DNA of 63,932 nucleotides, counting the filler, from Reclinomonas americana ATCC 50394 (Eukaryota): assembly GCA_048213135.1 (NCBI GenBank). It is 15 parts of 15 records of this genome, joined end to end, with 100 filler letters (N's around TTAATTAATTAA, not from the genome) between each part and the next. Parts side by side here need not be neighbours in the genome. Positions count along the whole stretch, not along the records: positions 40,158 to 44,818 come from AFZH01021083.1; positions 44,919 to 47,720 come from AFZH01021084.1; positions 47,821 to 51,520 come from AFZH01021085.1; positions 51,621 to 58,865 come from AFZH01021086.1; 11 more parts are not named here. The stretch is one strand, 5' to 3'. The notes under the pieces are model-generated. The model made no database searches, was not told the DNA's origin, and saw only the letters and a list, made by a program, of their open reading frames with translations. Below are positions 40,206-51,969 of the stretch, piece after piece (position 1 is the stretch's first letter; each line of letters opens with the position of its first letter). The position numbers and the translations under genes were made by a program.

Positions 40206-43200
40206 GATGAAGCATGGCGACGCGGCAGTGTCGAGGAATCTGTGCACGGACTGACGCGCCGCGAGTTTGTTGACGCACTGGTTCAGCCGTCCGAGAACAT
40301 TGCGGCCACTTGCCAGAGCCTGCTGAAGCGGCTTACGCTGGCGCATGTGTCGGCGCCTCCGCGCTCCAAACTCATCTATCTGAAGCCACCGGAGGAGGCG
40401 GCCGCAAAGGTGGCCGACGCTGAGATGGTCGAGCGTTGGCACGAGGAGGTGAGTTGCACGAACACACTCGGGATTTCGCAGAAGAGTGCAGGCGCTCACA
40501 AGTTGCAAATAGTCGTTCACGGAGGTGTGGTCATCGGTCGGCGCACGACACGCTCTTCTTCATCGGCGCAGCCTGTCGGTGCCTGCGGCCTTGATTGACG
40601 ACTCGCTGACGTCGTTTTTTGTGCTGTGCGACGTGCACGCGAACGGAGTTGTACTGGCTTCTGTTCTCTACGACATTTGTCGTGCCGTGCTGTTAGTTGC
40701 GTCGTTTCTTGTGGAGGAGGTAGCTTCACGCGCTTCTCATCCTTGTCACAGAGTGTATTTGTCGATGTGTACATGGCGTATGTGATGGCACTGGATGCAC
40801 GCGCCCTTGCCGCCAAGGAGCAGCGAGAGCAGGAGGAGGCCGCACTCGTGGCGCCACCACCGACTCCCACCTCCTCGCCGGCCGCACCTGGTGCTGCTGC
40901 GTCGTCCCCCGTCGGCACACCAACCGCCGTCTCCCTCGCATCGTGCGTTTCGCTGCGCAACACCGTGCGCGTTCGTGCTCCTGCTGATCGTGATTCTCTT
41001 TCCACAGTCCATCCTCTGTCGCACGACCAGGCTCCGCGCCCGCTGACGGCCCGAGCCGCCGTCGCTCGAGAAATCCATCACAAACACCGGCACTGGCTGC
41101 GTTTGATCGCAACCAGGTGTGGCGGCAGGTGAGGTTGTGGTTTTCCTCCAGCACTCTGCCAATCCACGCCTCACTTTCTCGCGCGCTTGCTCAGCGCACA
41201 CACCGTTTGTGGACCATGCACTGGGGCGACCCAGCCGCCGAGCAGCAGGACGATAGTGCCTCGCGACGACCGATGTCAGTGATTCGGCCGCGTTCGGCGT
41301 TGCGCAAGCGTTGCGTGCTGTGGTAATCTTATGTCGTAGTCGGCGGTCGTGACTCACAAGGCTGCAGTGTTGAAAGGCAAGCCGACGCTGGACGACCTGC
41401 AGCAGGGCGGTGGTGCTGCTGCGCGATCCACCTCCACCTTCAAGACGCTGCACATGTCGACGACGTCGGTGGCCTCGGTCATTGATGCGTGCGACAGGTT
41501 GGGTTTCTCGCGTATCGACGGCTCCTCCGCCATGTATGTGCCTTCACGTCGCAATCATGCGTAGCAGTCTGCGCTGCTGACTCCATTCGCAGCTTTCATG
41601 CGGTCTACCGGCATTGCTGGCGTGTCGAGCAGCCAGCGAGGTTGGCGGAGGGAGCCAGTGCGCGCGAGTGGTACGCGCCCACCGGTAACGTGCACCCTGA
41701 AATGCTTCCCTTTTCTCTCTCCCTCGCTCAGCTCATAGTGTGTCCTCCATTGCAGTGTATGTGTACGACGAGGTGGCTGGCGAGGCATCGTGGCACGCCA
41801 TGTCGGCACTGGAGCCCATTGGATGCGCCCCGTGTCTCGCGCAATCGCTCTTGTCGACGATCATGCTGTCGACGGCGGGCGACGAGACGTCAGTACCGCG
41901 CATGTGTGTCGCCTCGGCGGCGGCCGTCGCTCCCTACTGGTGAGAGTGTCGTAATTAGTGGAGCCCTTGCGTGACGATTAGGCATTGACTGCGGTGTGGT
42001 ACGCGTGCGCAGCTGGGACGTGGGCGTGACGGGCCGCACTTTGTGGTGCACCTACCGCTCGGCGTTCGAGCCGCCACCTCGGCTGCTGCCTGTCACACCG
42101 GCCTCCAGCACCGTGGCCCCGACTCCGCACCCGGACGTGGTACCGACGCCCCTCGTCGGGGCCAAGCGCTACACGTTCCGCGAGCAGTCGACAGCCGTGC
42201 AGCTGAATGCGGTGCGTGCTGGGGGAAGTGAGAGTGAGAGTAAGGGGAAGAGAAAGAGCTGACGTGATTGCAGATGGCCGGCACCGCCACTGCGTCGACG
42301 GGTGTGGAGGTGGACATGACCATGGCCGAGCGCATTCCCCTCATGCAGGTGGTCACCGACGTGCAGTCGGTGATCGAGTTGTCGACTCGCACACTCAAGT
42401 CGCACTTTGAGGTGAGGGGGAAAGAGGAGGGGAAGGGGGGAAGGGGGAAGGGAAAGGGGGAAGGAGAGGGGGGGGCGGGGGGAAGTGAGCAAGGAGAATT
42501 GTGGAAGGCGAAACTGTCGACACGAGCAAGATGGAAACTGGCTCTTTGCCATTTCATTCTCCTAACACAAATGCACCCCACGCAGTACACCTCTCTGTGG
42601 TGCGACGTGCCACGTACCGGTGCTCTCTGGACCGCCGCTGGTGACATGGGTTTGGTTGCGTTCTGCTGCTTCTTGACAGCAACGACAATCCACCCTCTCA
42701 TCCCCTTGCCGCCACACGCAGGTTTTCGACGTGCGACGACCGGAAGCTTCGTTTGTGTACTCGGCCGCCGAGGCCGTGGAATTCATTCGTGAGGCAGAGT
42801 TGGCGTCGGTGGAGGATCGCCCAGTTGGTGACATTGCGGTGCTACCACAACCAGCACGCGCTCGCGAGGCCGCGGCCGCGATGGTGGAGGACCCTGCCAA
42901 GCAAGTGTGGCTGCTGGCCGATCAGCAGACCGCCGGTGAGCGTGTGACATTCATCCACAGTGTGACGACGACTCCACATCTCACGCTGTTTGTGCGCAGC
43001 CATGATTCACCGCGGAGCCGGTATGCCGTGGCACGAATGGACGCGGCCTGCAACGTACGCCTGGACGTCGCTGGTTCGTGCTGGCCTGCATGTGTTGCGC
43101 GAGCAGTGCACAGCGTACGAGCGACGATGCGCCGAGCAAGAGCGTGAGGAGCGTGAAGCGGCTGTCGCCGCCGTGGCACTCGTGTCTTCAACCACGGGCA

Positions 43201-43391
43201 AGTCACCGTCGCGCCACCAGATGAATGTCGCCAACACACCGACGGTGCAGGATCCGATTGCTCCCAACCTGCTGCTGGTGCGCGGCGCGTTTCTCTCGTT
43301 CCAGCCGACACTGGCGACGCACGCCATCCCGCTCGGCGTGCGCGCCCCACGGCTGACGTCTGCGCGCCCACTGTTTCTCTTCAAGACCTGA
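40206..43391 (+). CDS. Multi-exon hypothetical protein (5' end uncertain)
   Basis: Series of GC-rich exons flanked by GT/AG (ORFs 40242, 40626, 41349, 41740, 41996, 42268, 42731, 42990), ending ..RPLFLFKT-stop. No family recognised. Confidence 0.7.
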
Positions 43392-43542
43392 AAGGGAGGC
43401 GTGCAAGGAAGACGGCTGGTCGTGGCGCGACTTGGCCCATGCAGCCCGTCGACACTCGAGCTGTCGACGACGACTGACGACGATGAATGAAGACGAGTAC
43501 AAGTCTCTCTCTCTCTCTCTCTCTCACTCACTCATTCTTGTT

Positions 43543-44635
43543 TTATTTCATCGCCGTCACCAACCAATCCAACCCCTCCGCCACTCCCCGACCATCCAAC
43601 GCAATGCACTCGTGGATGCTCCACGGTCGCCCCAGCGCCTTCAACCCGAGCTCGTCGGTGATTCGTGATGTGGCTACGCAGTCGACTTGATCCTGCTTGT
43701 TGGCAAACACCAGCAGCGGCGCCTTGGCCAGTGCGGCGTCCTCGAACAGCTTGTGCAGCTCGGTTCGACTCTCCGTCAAACGCGCCTGGTCGGTGGCGTC
43801 GACCACCCACATGACGCCACGCACGCCGTCAATGTGCAGCCTGGGGGGAGGAGAGAAGGCGAAGGGTGACGAAGGGGAAGGAGAAGGGTGACGAAGGGGA
43901 AGGCGACGGGTGACGAAGGGGCGAAGGGCGACGGGTTTAGAAAAACAGCAGGATATCGTAGGACGACATCGATGCTCAACTCAAACAACGAGACATCCAG
44001 GAACGCAGTACATGTAACACGAGAGGGTTGCAAACGAATGCTACATAACGAACAGGGTGTGCCATTAGAAGGTTCTGAGAAAGGTGCGAGAGCGATGCAA
44101 AGCTCTGCCACTAGATGCACGAGGAGGCAGCACACGAACGGAACAGGGTGTGCCATGAGATGCACGAGAAGGTTCTGTGGAAGGTGCGAGATCGATGCCC
44201 AGCTCAGACAACGAGACATCGAAGAACGCTGTACCCCGAGGTGCGAGGAGGCCGCACAAGAGTGTAACAAAGCGAGCAGGATGCACGAGAAGGGTTGAAG
44301 GATCTCAATGTCCACATCGCAGAATGTTGCGACAAAAGGTGCACGCACACAGAAAGCTGATACACGAACGCACGCTGCTCGAGGAGCATGTCAAAGAGGC
44401 ATCGTGAGAGCAAGGTGCGAAACAGGGACGAGTTCGTGACATGAATAGCTCCACTCGAGACGATGTCTGTCTGTCTGAGAGAGAGAGGAGAGGAGAGGAG
44501 AGAGAGCACACAGCAAAACAGTCAGAGAGGGAACTCACCGCCAGTTCCTCCGTGCTTCCTTGCTGCCGCCCACATCGCGCAGTTCAACCGTGGTCTTGCC
44601 CACCTCGATCGATTCCTACGAGAGAGAACAAGAGG

Positions 44636-44712
<77 letters not shown>

Positions 44713-44758
44713 AGAGAGTAGAGAACGAACGAACGTAACGTACGTACGACGTACGAGA

Positions 44759-44789
<31 letters not shown>

Positions 44790-44986
44790 TACGCGGTCGG
44801 TCGGTCGGTACGTACGTCNNNNNNNNNNNNNNNNNNNNNNNNNNNNNNNNNNNNNNNNNNNNTTAATTAATTAANNNNNNNNNNNNNNNNNNNNNNNNNN
44901 NNNNNNNNNNNNNNNNNNTACGTACGTAGTACGACGTACGACGTACGACGACGAGAGACGTAGAGACGTACGAGACGACGAGAGAC

Positions 44987-45048
<62 letters not shown>

Positions 45049-45468
45049 AAGACAGAGATGATGACAAACAGATTCACGCATGAGAGACGACACACGGAGA
45101 GCACATGCGCGTGTGAGCTTGCACACCGTGTTGTATCCTGTGAGCAGAGTCTCAGCAAACGACACACGCACAAACACACACACTCAAAGGCGCGAAACAC
45201 ACCAATCGTCGGGATCACATTGACATTCTGCCATGATGATACGTGCGTGAGGCACAGAGAGAGAGTGAGGCAGAGAGTAGAGTGCAACACGCACCTGCTT
45301 GTACTTTAGCCAGTACAGTACTGCGCATAACGAGAGAGAGAGACAGTGAGTGAGCAAGTGTCGCTCTTGCATCTTTGTATCTTCTTTTTGTTGCTCACTT
45401 GTTGTGTTTCCTGCTCCGTCGAGTCCCGCACACAGCACGCGGCGCTCTTTCGACCCTCCTCCGCCCAT
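43543..45468 (-). CDS. ARF/ARL-family small GTPase with divergent G1 and G3 motifs
   Basis: Spliced: MGGGGSKERRVLCAGLDGAGNTT|ILYWLKYKQ|NVNVIPTI|GYNT|ESIEVGKTTVELRDVGGSKEARRNWR|LHIDGVRGVMWVVDATDQARL..PLLVFANKQD..GVAEGLDWL. Spans the gap at 44819-44918. Confidence 0.92.
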
Positions 45469-46438
45469 TGAGGTTGCAGAAAACACCCGTGATATCGGAG
45501 GAAATTTCAGTCGTCAACCACCTTGTCCAGACAGCGATGACCGTGATCTGTGGGAGGCATGGGTTCATCGTACGACTCTCTGCTGCGCTCTGGTCCGCGT
45601 TGCGATCGCGGGCAGGCATGCAAAAACAAATTTGATATCGTACAATTGCAAATCGATATCGCAATGCGGTGTGCGCATGCAGCCAAAGGAGGACCAGAGG
45701 CAAGAGAAGCAAACGCCAGTCTTGGCAACAGCGCAGTGGCAGATTTCTCTTGGTGCGGGATTCGCTCGCGAGCATGGAGGTTCGAACTCGATCACGCAGT
45801 TGCAATTAGTGCCGGCGCCGACAAAGCGCAAGAACACCGACAATGCTTTTGCTGATACGAACAGCAGCACAGCCGCATGACGATCACCATCTTGAGTGTC
45901 CACCAGGAACGGATCCGGAGACACCATAAAACGGTGAGGAAAGTCGAGAAGGCTAATGCGTATGCTGGTATTTCTGCAAGAGAAACCACGACTCGTGACA
46001 ATCGTGGATTATGTCAGACTCATTCGGCATGCTTGTTGTCGCAGGAGCCAACTTGGCTCGCGCATTATCTGCGCGCTGGAGTTGCAAAATGTGCTGTTTT
46101 GCCAATACTGGATCCGAACCGCGACATAGTCAGCACACACGCAAGCCATAGCACTCGGGGGAAGTGCGCCTTCCACGCAGCACCGCTTGCGGCACCAGTG
46201 TGCAGGACAGTGTTCGAAAGACAGCGCACGTGCACGACCAGCTGCAGAACGCAAAATCGCGACTTCCAATTGCCACTTCTGAAGTTTGCGCACAAGAGAA
46301 TCAACGCTGCGATTGCCCATCGTCTTGAGATAACCTCCAGCACAGGGTTTGGTGGCAAAGAAGTGCGTGATACCGGCGGAAAAATTCGTGTGTCCGCGTC
46401 CGACGCAACTGCATCACTCGAATAGAAAGCGCGCAAGC

Positions 46439-48676
46439 ATGCGGCTGCTCATCGCTCACATCAACAAGCTGTACGCGATGGAGATCGCGCCCGATGAGAA
46501 CGTGGAGGTGTGCATCTCTGTGTGTGTGTGTGTGTGTCTCTCTCTCCGTTGCTCACACTTCACTCGCAGGCCTTGCGCAGCATGATTCAGGAGCAGCATG
46601 GTGTGTGAGAGAGAGTATATGTGTCTCTCTGTGTGTGCACGTGCTGACTTGTTTGCGTTGACAGGCGTTCCAGCGTTGCGTGCATGCACACTCGTTCGAT
46701 CACTCTCACACTCTCACACTCTCTCACTCTCTCACTCACGCACACACTCACACACTCTCACACTCTCTCACTCTCTCACTCACTCACTCACTCTCGCTCT
46801 CTCTTGCTCACTCACTCACTCCTTCCCTTCCTCCTCACTCATTCACTCACTCTCCCCCTTCACTCACTCTGTCTCTCTCCTTTCACAGCGAGGAACAGCG
46901 CCTCATCCTGGGAGCCACATACCAGCTGCAGAACGGATTCCGACTCGCCGACTACCAGCTGCAGGATGACTTTGTCGTTGCTTGCTATCACTCGGTGTTT
47001 GCTGATGTTGCGTCGCTCTTCTCCACTCTCTGAACGCCCTTGCTCTCCTTTCGCGCCCTTCCACCTGCTCGACTCAACCTCTTCCTTCTCTGAACGCCCG
47101 TTGTTCCTTCACTCAAGGAATGCGTTCCTCCCTTCTCCTTTCCGCCCTTCCTCCCTCATTGTTCACTGAGCTCCCTCCTTGTCTGCCTCCCTCCCTCTCC
47201 GCTCTCTGATCGCCCTTGCTCTCCTTTCCCCCTTCCACGCCCGTTGTTCCTTCACTCAAGGAGTCACCTCCGCACTCACTTCCTCCCTTCTGCGCTCTTT
47301 CTCCTTTCCGCCCTCCCTCCTTCATTGTTCACTGAGCTTCCTCCTTGTCTGCCTCCCTCCCTCTCCGCTCTCTGATCGCCCTTGCTCTCTTTTGCGCCCT
47401 TCCACCTGCTCGACCCAAGGAGTTCCCCTCCTCTCTTTTCTGCTCTTCCTCCCTTCTCCACTCTCTGAATGCTTTTCTCTGTTCCACACTTCCTGCTTTG
47501 CCGCTCGTTGAATGCCCTTCCTCTACTCGACTCCGCACTTCCTCTTCCTTGTCTCCTTCCCCTCCTTTCCCCAACCCCTTCCCCAACACCTTCCCTGCGC
47601 AGTCCACCGTGTGGGGCTTCGAGGAGCGCTTCGAGAAGTTCCGGCAATCCATCGCCGTCGTGTGGGCACTCTATCATGGCGAGGAGGAGAGTTGCGCTTG
47701 CTCGTGGTAATTGTGTGTGCNNNNNNNNNNNNNNNNNNNNNNNNNNNNNNNNNNNNNNNNNNNNTTAATTAATTAANNNNNNNNNNNNNNNNNNNNNNNN
47801 NNNNNNNNNNNNNNNNNNNNAGAGTCAGGAGCAAAGAGGAGCATCGCTGACGCGCAAGGCGCACACGTGCACACTGTGCCACCCAGACCCAAGATCATCA
47901 CACGCACGAAGATCTACAGAGAGAGAGGGAGGCAGCAGCAATACTTCACACATGACAGCAACACACAACGAGAGCGATAACTTGTGGGCGTCACGTGTTT
48001 GCTTCTGTGCTTCTGTGTCTGTGCGCTTAATTCCTCCTTTCGTTGCCAACCATCGCAGTGTCAAACGCCACTGCTGCCGGTGGTGAGCAACCTGCTGCAC
48101 TTTTCCGGGTGAGTCTACAGCCACTCGTGCTGCGCGCACTCCACTCGCCAAACTCACATTCTCTCCCAGGTTCCTGGAGAAGAAGCGCGGACCCCGTGGC
48201 CAGAGCTGGCAACGCCGATGGTGCGCTCTTGTCCCTCTACCCTCCCCCCCCCCCCCCCCCATTGGCGTCCCTCATCCATCCCCTCGCGCAGGTTCATCCT
48301 GGACCCGACAGAGCGAGTGGTGCGCTACTGGAAGCTGCCGGTGGACCAGGCGAGTGGAAAGGCGGCCAAGGGCAGCATTCCGGTGGAGAACAACACCACC
48401 GATCGGCACCTCGCGGAATACCTCGGCTTCGACCTGTACCCCAACAGCAGCAAAGCCAAGCGCGCCTCGTACCATCTCCGTGCCGAGTCCGAGGAGCAGC
48501 TCGAGCACTGGCTTTGGCGCCTGGCCTTCCTCTCGGTGTTCCCGGTGCCGCACATTCATCAGGGCGCCGGTCTCGAGGAGTTTGAGCGCAGGTGTCGCGA
48601 GCGGCCGTGGATGGCCGGCGACCGCAACTCCATGCCAGCGCAGTTTTTGCGTGTCGACAAGCGAATCTACCATTGA
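46439..48676 (+). CDS. Ubiquitin-like domain + PH domain protein
   Basis: UBL: MRLLIAH..ENVEALRSMIQEQHGVPAEEQRLILG..LQNGFRLADYQLQ. PH: GFLEKKRG..SWQRRWFILD..AKGSIPV..YHLRAESEEQLEHWL. The two halves lie on either side of the gap at 47721-47820, so linkage is inferred. Confidence 0.75.
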
Positions 48677-49208
48677 AGGGCACTCAAACAAATTCGAACA
48701 CACGGCCACTGTGTCATCATGATGGTGCGTGTTTCGCGTTCTTGCTTCACGGATACAGCTGGCAGGTTGATTGCTGGTGCGTGAAGTGGTTGAACTCGAG
48801 GGTGAAGGGCAACAACAACGACAACAACAGCTTGCTGCATGCTGATCACCACCTTGAGTGAGGTCAAGGGGGCACAGGGCCCACAGAGTTGCTCCTGAGT
48901 GTATGATCCCGATGCAAACTGGAGGCTAGGAGGTCGAGGAGGTGTGCCAGAGAACCCACATGGAGCTGATGTTACAAGTGACTAATATCGAATGCGTACA
49001 TCGATTTGAAGGTGCCGGCTGTGTATTGATGCATACTGAACATGTTTTTATGCTCTTCTCCTTTCCAGACCGCTGCTGTGCTGTGCACACAACTAGAAAG
49101 TATGTCGTTGGTGCTTGATGGTCCAATATTTGGTTGAGCGCGCGAAAAAACATGACCAATCACACACTGACAATTGCGCAAATTCGTTTCACACACACTC
49201 ACTCAACA

Positions 49209-50523
49209 ATGGGGCAGGGTGCCAGCAAGGATGTGATTTCCGTCTTGCGACGCACAGCAGAGACTGATGGAGAGGACCTCACACGACAAGAGCTCCAGGC
49301 AAGCGTGTGTGTGTGTGTGAAAGAATGAGTGCAAAAAGACTCATGTGTGTATCACATGTGGCAGCATCTGTGGGACAAGTACGATGGCGACCGCAGTGGG
49401 TCCATTGGTGAGAGAGAGAGAGAGACTGAGTGTGTGTATAAGAGAGAGAGATTTGCTCATGTGATTTCCGTGTGTGTGAGAAGATCGCGACGAGTTTTTC
49501 GCGCTCTTGCGGGATGTGCGTCGCACGGCGAATGAGGAGTTCTTCCATGTGAAAGAGCTGCATGCGGAGACCGAGGAGAAGATCCTCGAGCGCGCCTTCC
49601 ATTTGGTCGATTCCAACGGCGACGGCGTGGTCTCGCGCTCCGAGTTCACCAACTTGCACAAGGCCCTCAAGCTCATGTGGGAGTGCCAGGAGCAGATTGA
49701 GACCGAGGCGGCTGTTGAGTCGGGGAGAGGAATGGGGGGAAAGGGGGGAAAGGGGAAGGAGGGAGGGAAAAGGAGAAGGAGAGTGAGAAATCAACACTAT
49801 CAAGCAGATGTCAGTCTTATTTCTGAGCAATCCTTTTCTGCTTGTCGCCAGCTGTGGTTCTGGTGCTTCTGTCTTTTCGCTTCGTCTCCTCTCTGCGCCT
49901 CTCTGAGGCGGCTGTTGAGTCGGGGGGAGAGGAGAAAAGGGGGGAAGGAGGGAAGGGGGAGAGGGAGAAATCAAACCATTTCAAGCACGGTTGTCCTTCC
50001 TCTCTGAGCCGTCCTTTGCTCGCTTCTCGCCAGGTGCGTTTCTGGGGTTTCTTTCTCCTCTGTTCCTCTTCTCTGTGCGCCTTTCTCCTTCTCCGAGTGG
50101 ATTTGCTCTTGGGTGTCGCCGCACCGTTCTCTTCTCGCCAGCGTGATTGTTCTTCTCGTCACTCCCTCTTCTTTGTGCGCCTCTCTCCCTCCGTCGCTGA
50201 GCGGATCTGTACTCTGTGCTTGTTCTGTCTCTTCTCTTCTCTCTCTGTGCGCCTTTCTCCCTCCGTCGCTGAGCGGATCTGTTACTTTGTGTTGCCTCAT
50301 CATTCGCTTCTCGCCAGCGTTTTAGTTCTGTCTCTTCGCTCCCTCTTCTCTGTGTGCCTCTCTCTCCTCAGCCGCCGAGCGGATCTGTTACTTTGTGTCG
50401 CCTCCCCATTCGCTTCTCGCCAGCGCATTGTTCTGTCTCTTCTCTCCCCATGTGCGCCTCTCTCCCTGAGCCGTCGAGTGGATCTGTTTCCCCCGTGCAC
50501 TGCTCTCCAGCTGCACGTGATTG

Positions 50524-50569
<46 letters not shown>

Positions 50570-51520
50570 CTCTCTTTCTCTCTGTTGCTTCTCGTGAGCG
50601 CTGATTTTCTGTTTCCTCTCTCGCATTCTCTGTCAGTCGCCGTGTGGATTTGCTCACTCTAAGCTTCCTGTTCGCTGTCTGGCATCATGCTCTTCTCTCT
50701 CCTCTCTTTCCCATCTCAGCAGTCTTTGATTGTAGCAACAGAAGTCTCCCACTTCTCGCACGCCCTCTTCTTTCTCCCGCCGTCTTTGACTGCCGTTGCA
50801 TTGTTGCTCCGTTCCTTCGCACTTCTGCTTCTTGTCCGAGATCGTGGAGATGCGTGCGAACTTGGGATGCTGACACGACCCTCGCAGCGCGACTTGTTCA
50901 TTCGAGAAATCATGCCCATGTTCGAGACGGGAGTGTGGGAGGGCAAGTTGATGGTGACGGCCACAGCCGGCGAGCCAGAGCGAGTAGACACACACATGGA
51001 GGTTCTCGGCCACGACCCGCAGAGGCCCGACGCCAAGGCACTGCAGGATCAGCAGTCGAGTTGCGTGGTGTACGCCATTTTTTCATCGACCTTCGTCAGT
51101 CGCCCTCTCTCTCGTTCACTCTTGGGTAAGAGGTACGAAGCAGACAGAGGGAGAGAAGGATAAAGGGAAAGGGTATTAGTGGAGGGAATCGGGAGAGAGA
51201 GAGAGAGAGAAGTGAGAAGACACTTCCTCCTTTTCCCCCTCCCCCTCTCCCTCTCACTTCCCCCCTCCCTCCCTCCTCCTTCCCCGCTCCCGCAGTCTAC
51301 CGACGAGTGACCTTTGCCGACCACTTTGACGTGGTCTCCGAGGGCACTCTCTGCCTCAACGACTTTAGCGACCAGTGGTGCTCCTTCTGCATCGACATTC
51401 CCGAGCGATTCATGGGCGTCGGCACCGTCTTTTATCCGACCCGCGTGGCGGCCGCCAGCGGCAGCGCACCAGTCTCGCAAGAACATCACCATCATCCGTG
51501 GTTCGATGGCAAGCTCGTGC
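49209..51520 (+). CDS. EF-hand protein with N-myristoylation-like start and an unknown C-terminal domain (3' truncated)
   Basis: MGQGAS start. EF loops DGDRSGSI(E)DRDE and DSNGDGVVSRSE. Later exons RDLFIREIMPMFETGVWEGKL.. and FDVVSEGTLCLND.. Confidence 0.85.
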
Positions 51521-51721
51521 NNNNNNNNNNNNNNNNNNNNNNNNNNNNNNNNNNNNNNNNNNNNTTAATTAATTAANNNNNNNNNNNNNNNNNNNNNNNN
51601 NNNNNNNNNNNNNNNNNNNNACTACTTACTTACTACTACTACTACTACTACTACTTACGGTACGTGTGTGTAGAGAGTAACTTACTACGTTCGTCGGTCG
51701 TCCGTCCGTCGTCGACACACA

Positions 51722-51775
<54 letters not shown>

Positions 51776-51796
51776 CCCCTCCCCCCCTTTAGAAAA

Positions 51797-51936
51797 ATGT
51801 CAGCACGCCGGTTATCGCTGGCTGTGCTCTCGTCGAACGACAGTCAACGCTCCAAACACTTGAACACCTCAATCACATTCGTCATTCAGCAACTGTTCCG
51901 CTCACACGACGGACCGCAGCCGCTGTTCACCTCTGT

Positions 51937-51969
<33 letters not shown>

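Noticed and set aside
43888..44298. Cys/Arg-rich antisense ORF nested in the ARL intron
   Set aside because: No ATG start, and it derives from a degenerate local duplication (..gatgc(t/c)ca(a/g)ctca(a/g)acaacgagacatc..). No domain support.
49842..50662. Hydrophobic Leu/Ser/Phe-rich ORFs that look like membrane proteins (also 21351-21977, 23661-24120, 46598-47710)
   Set aside because: Translations of CT-rich intron sequence.
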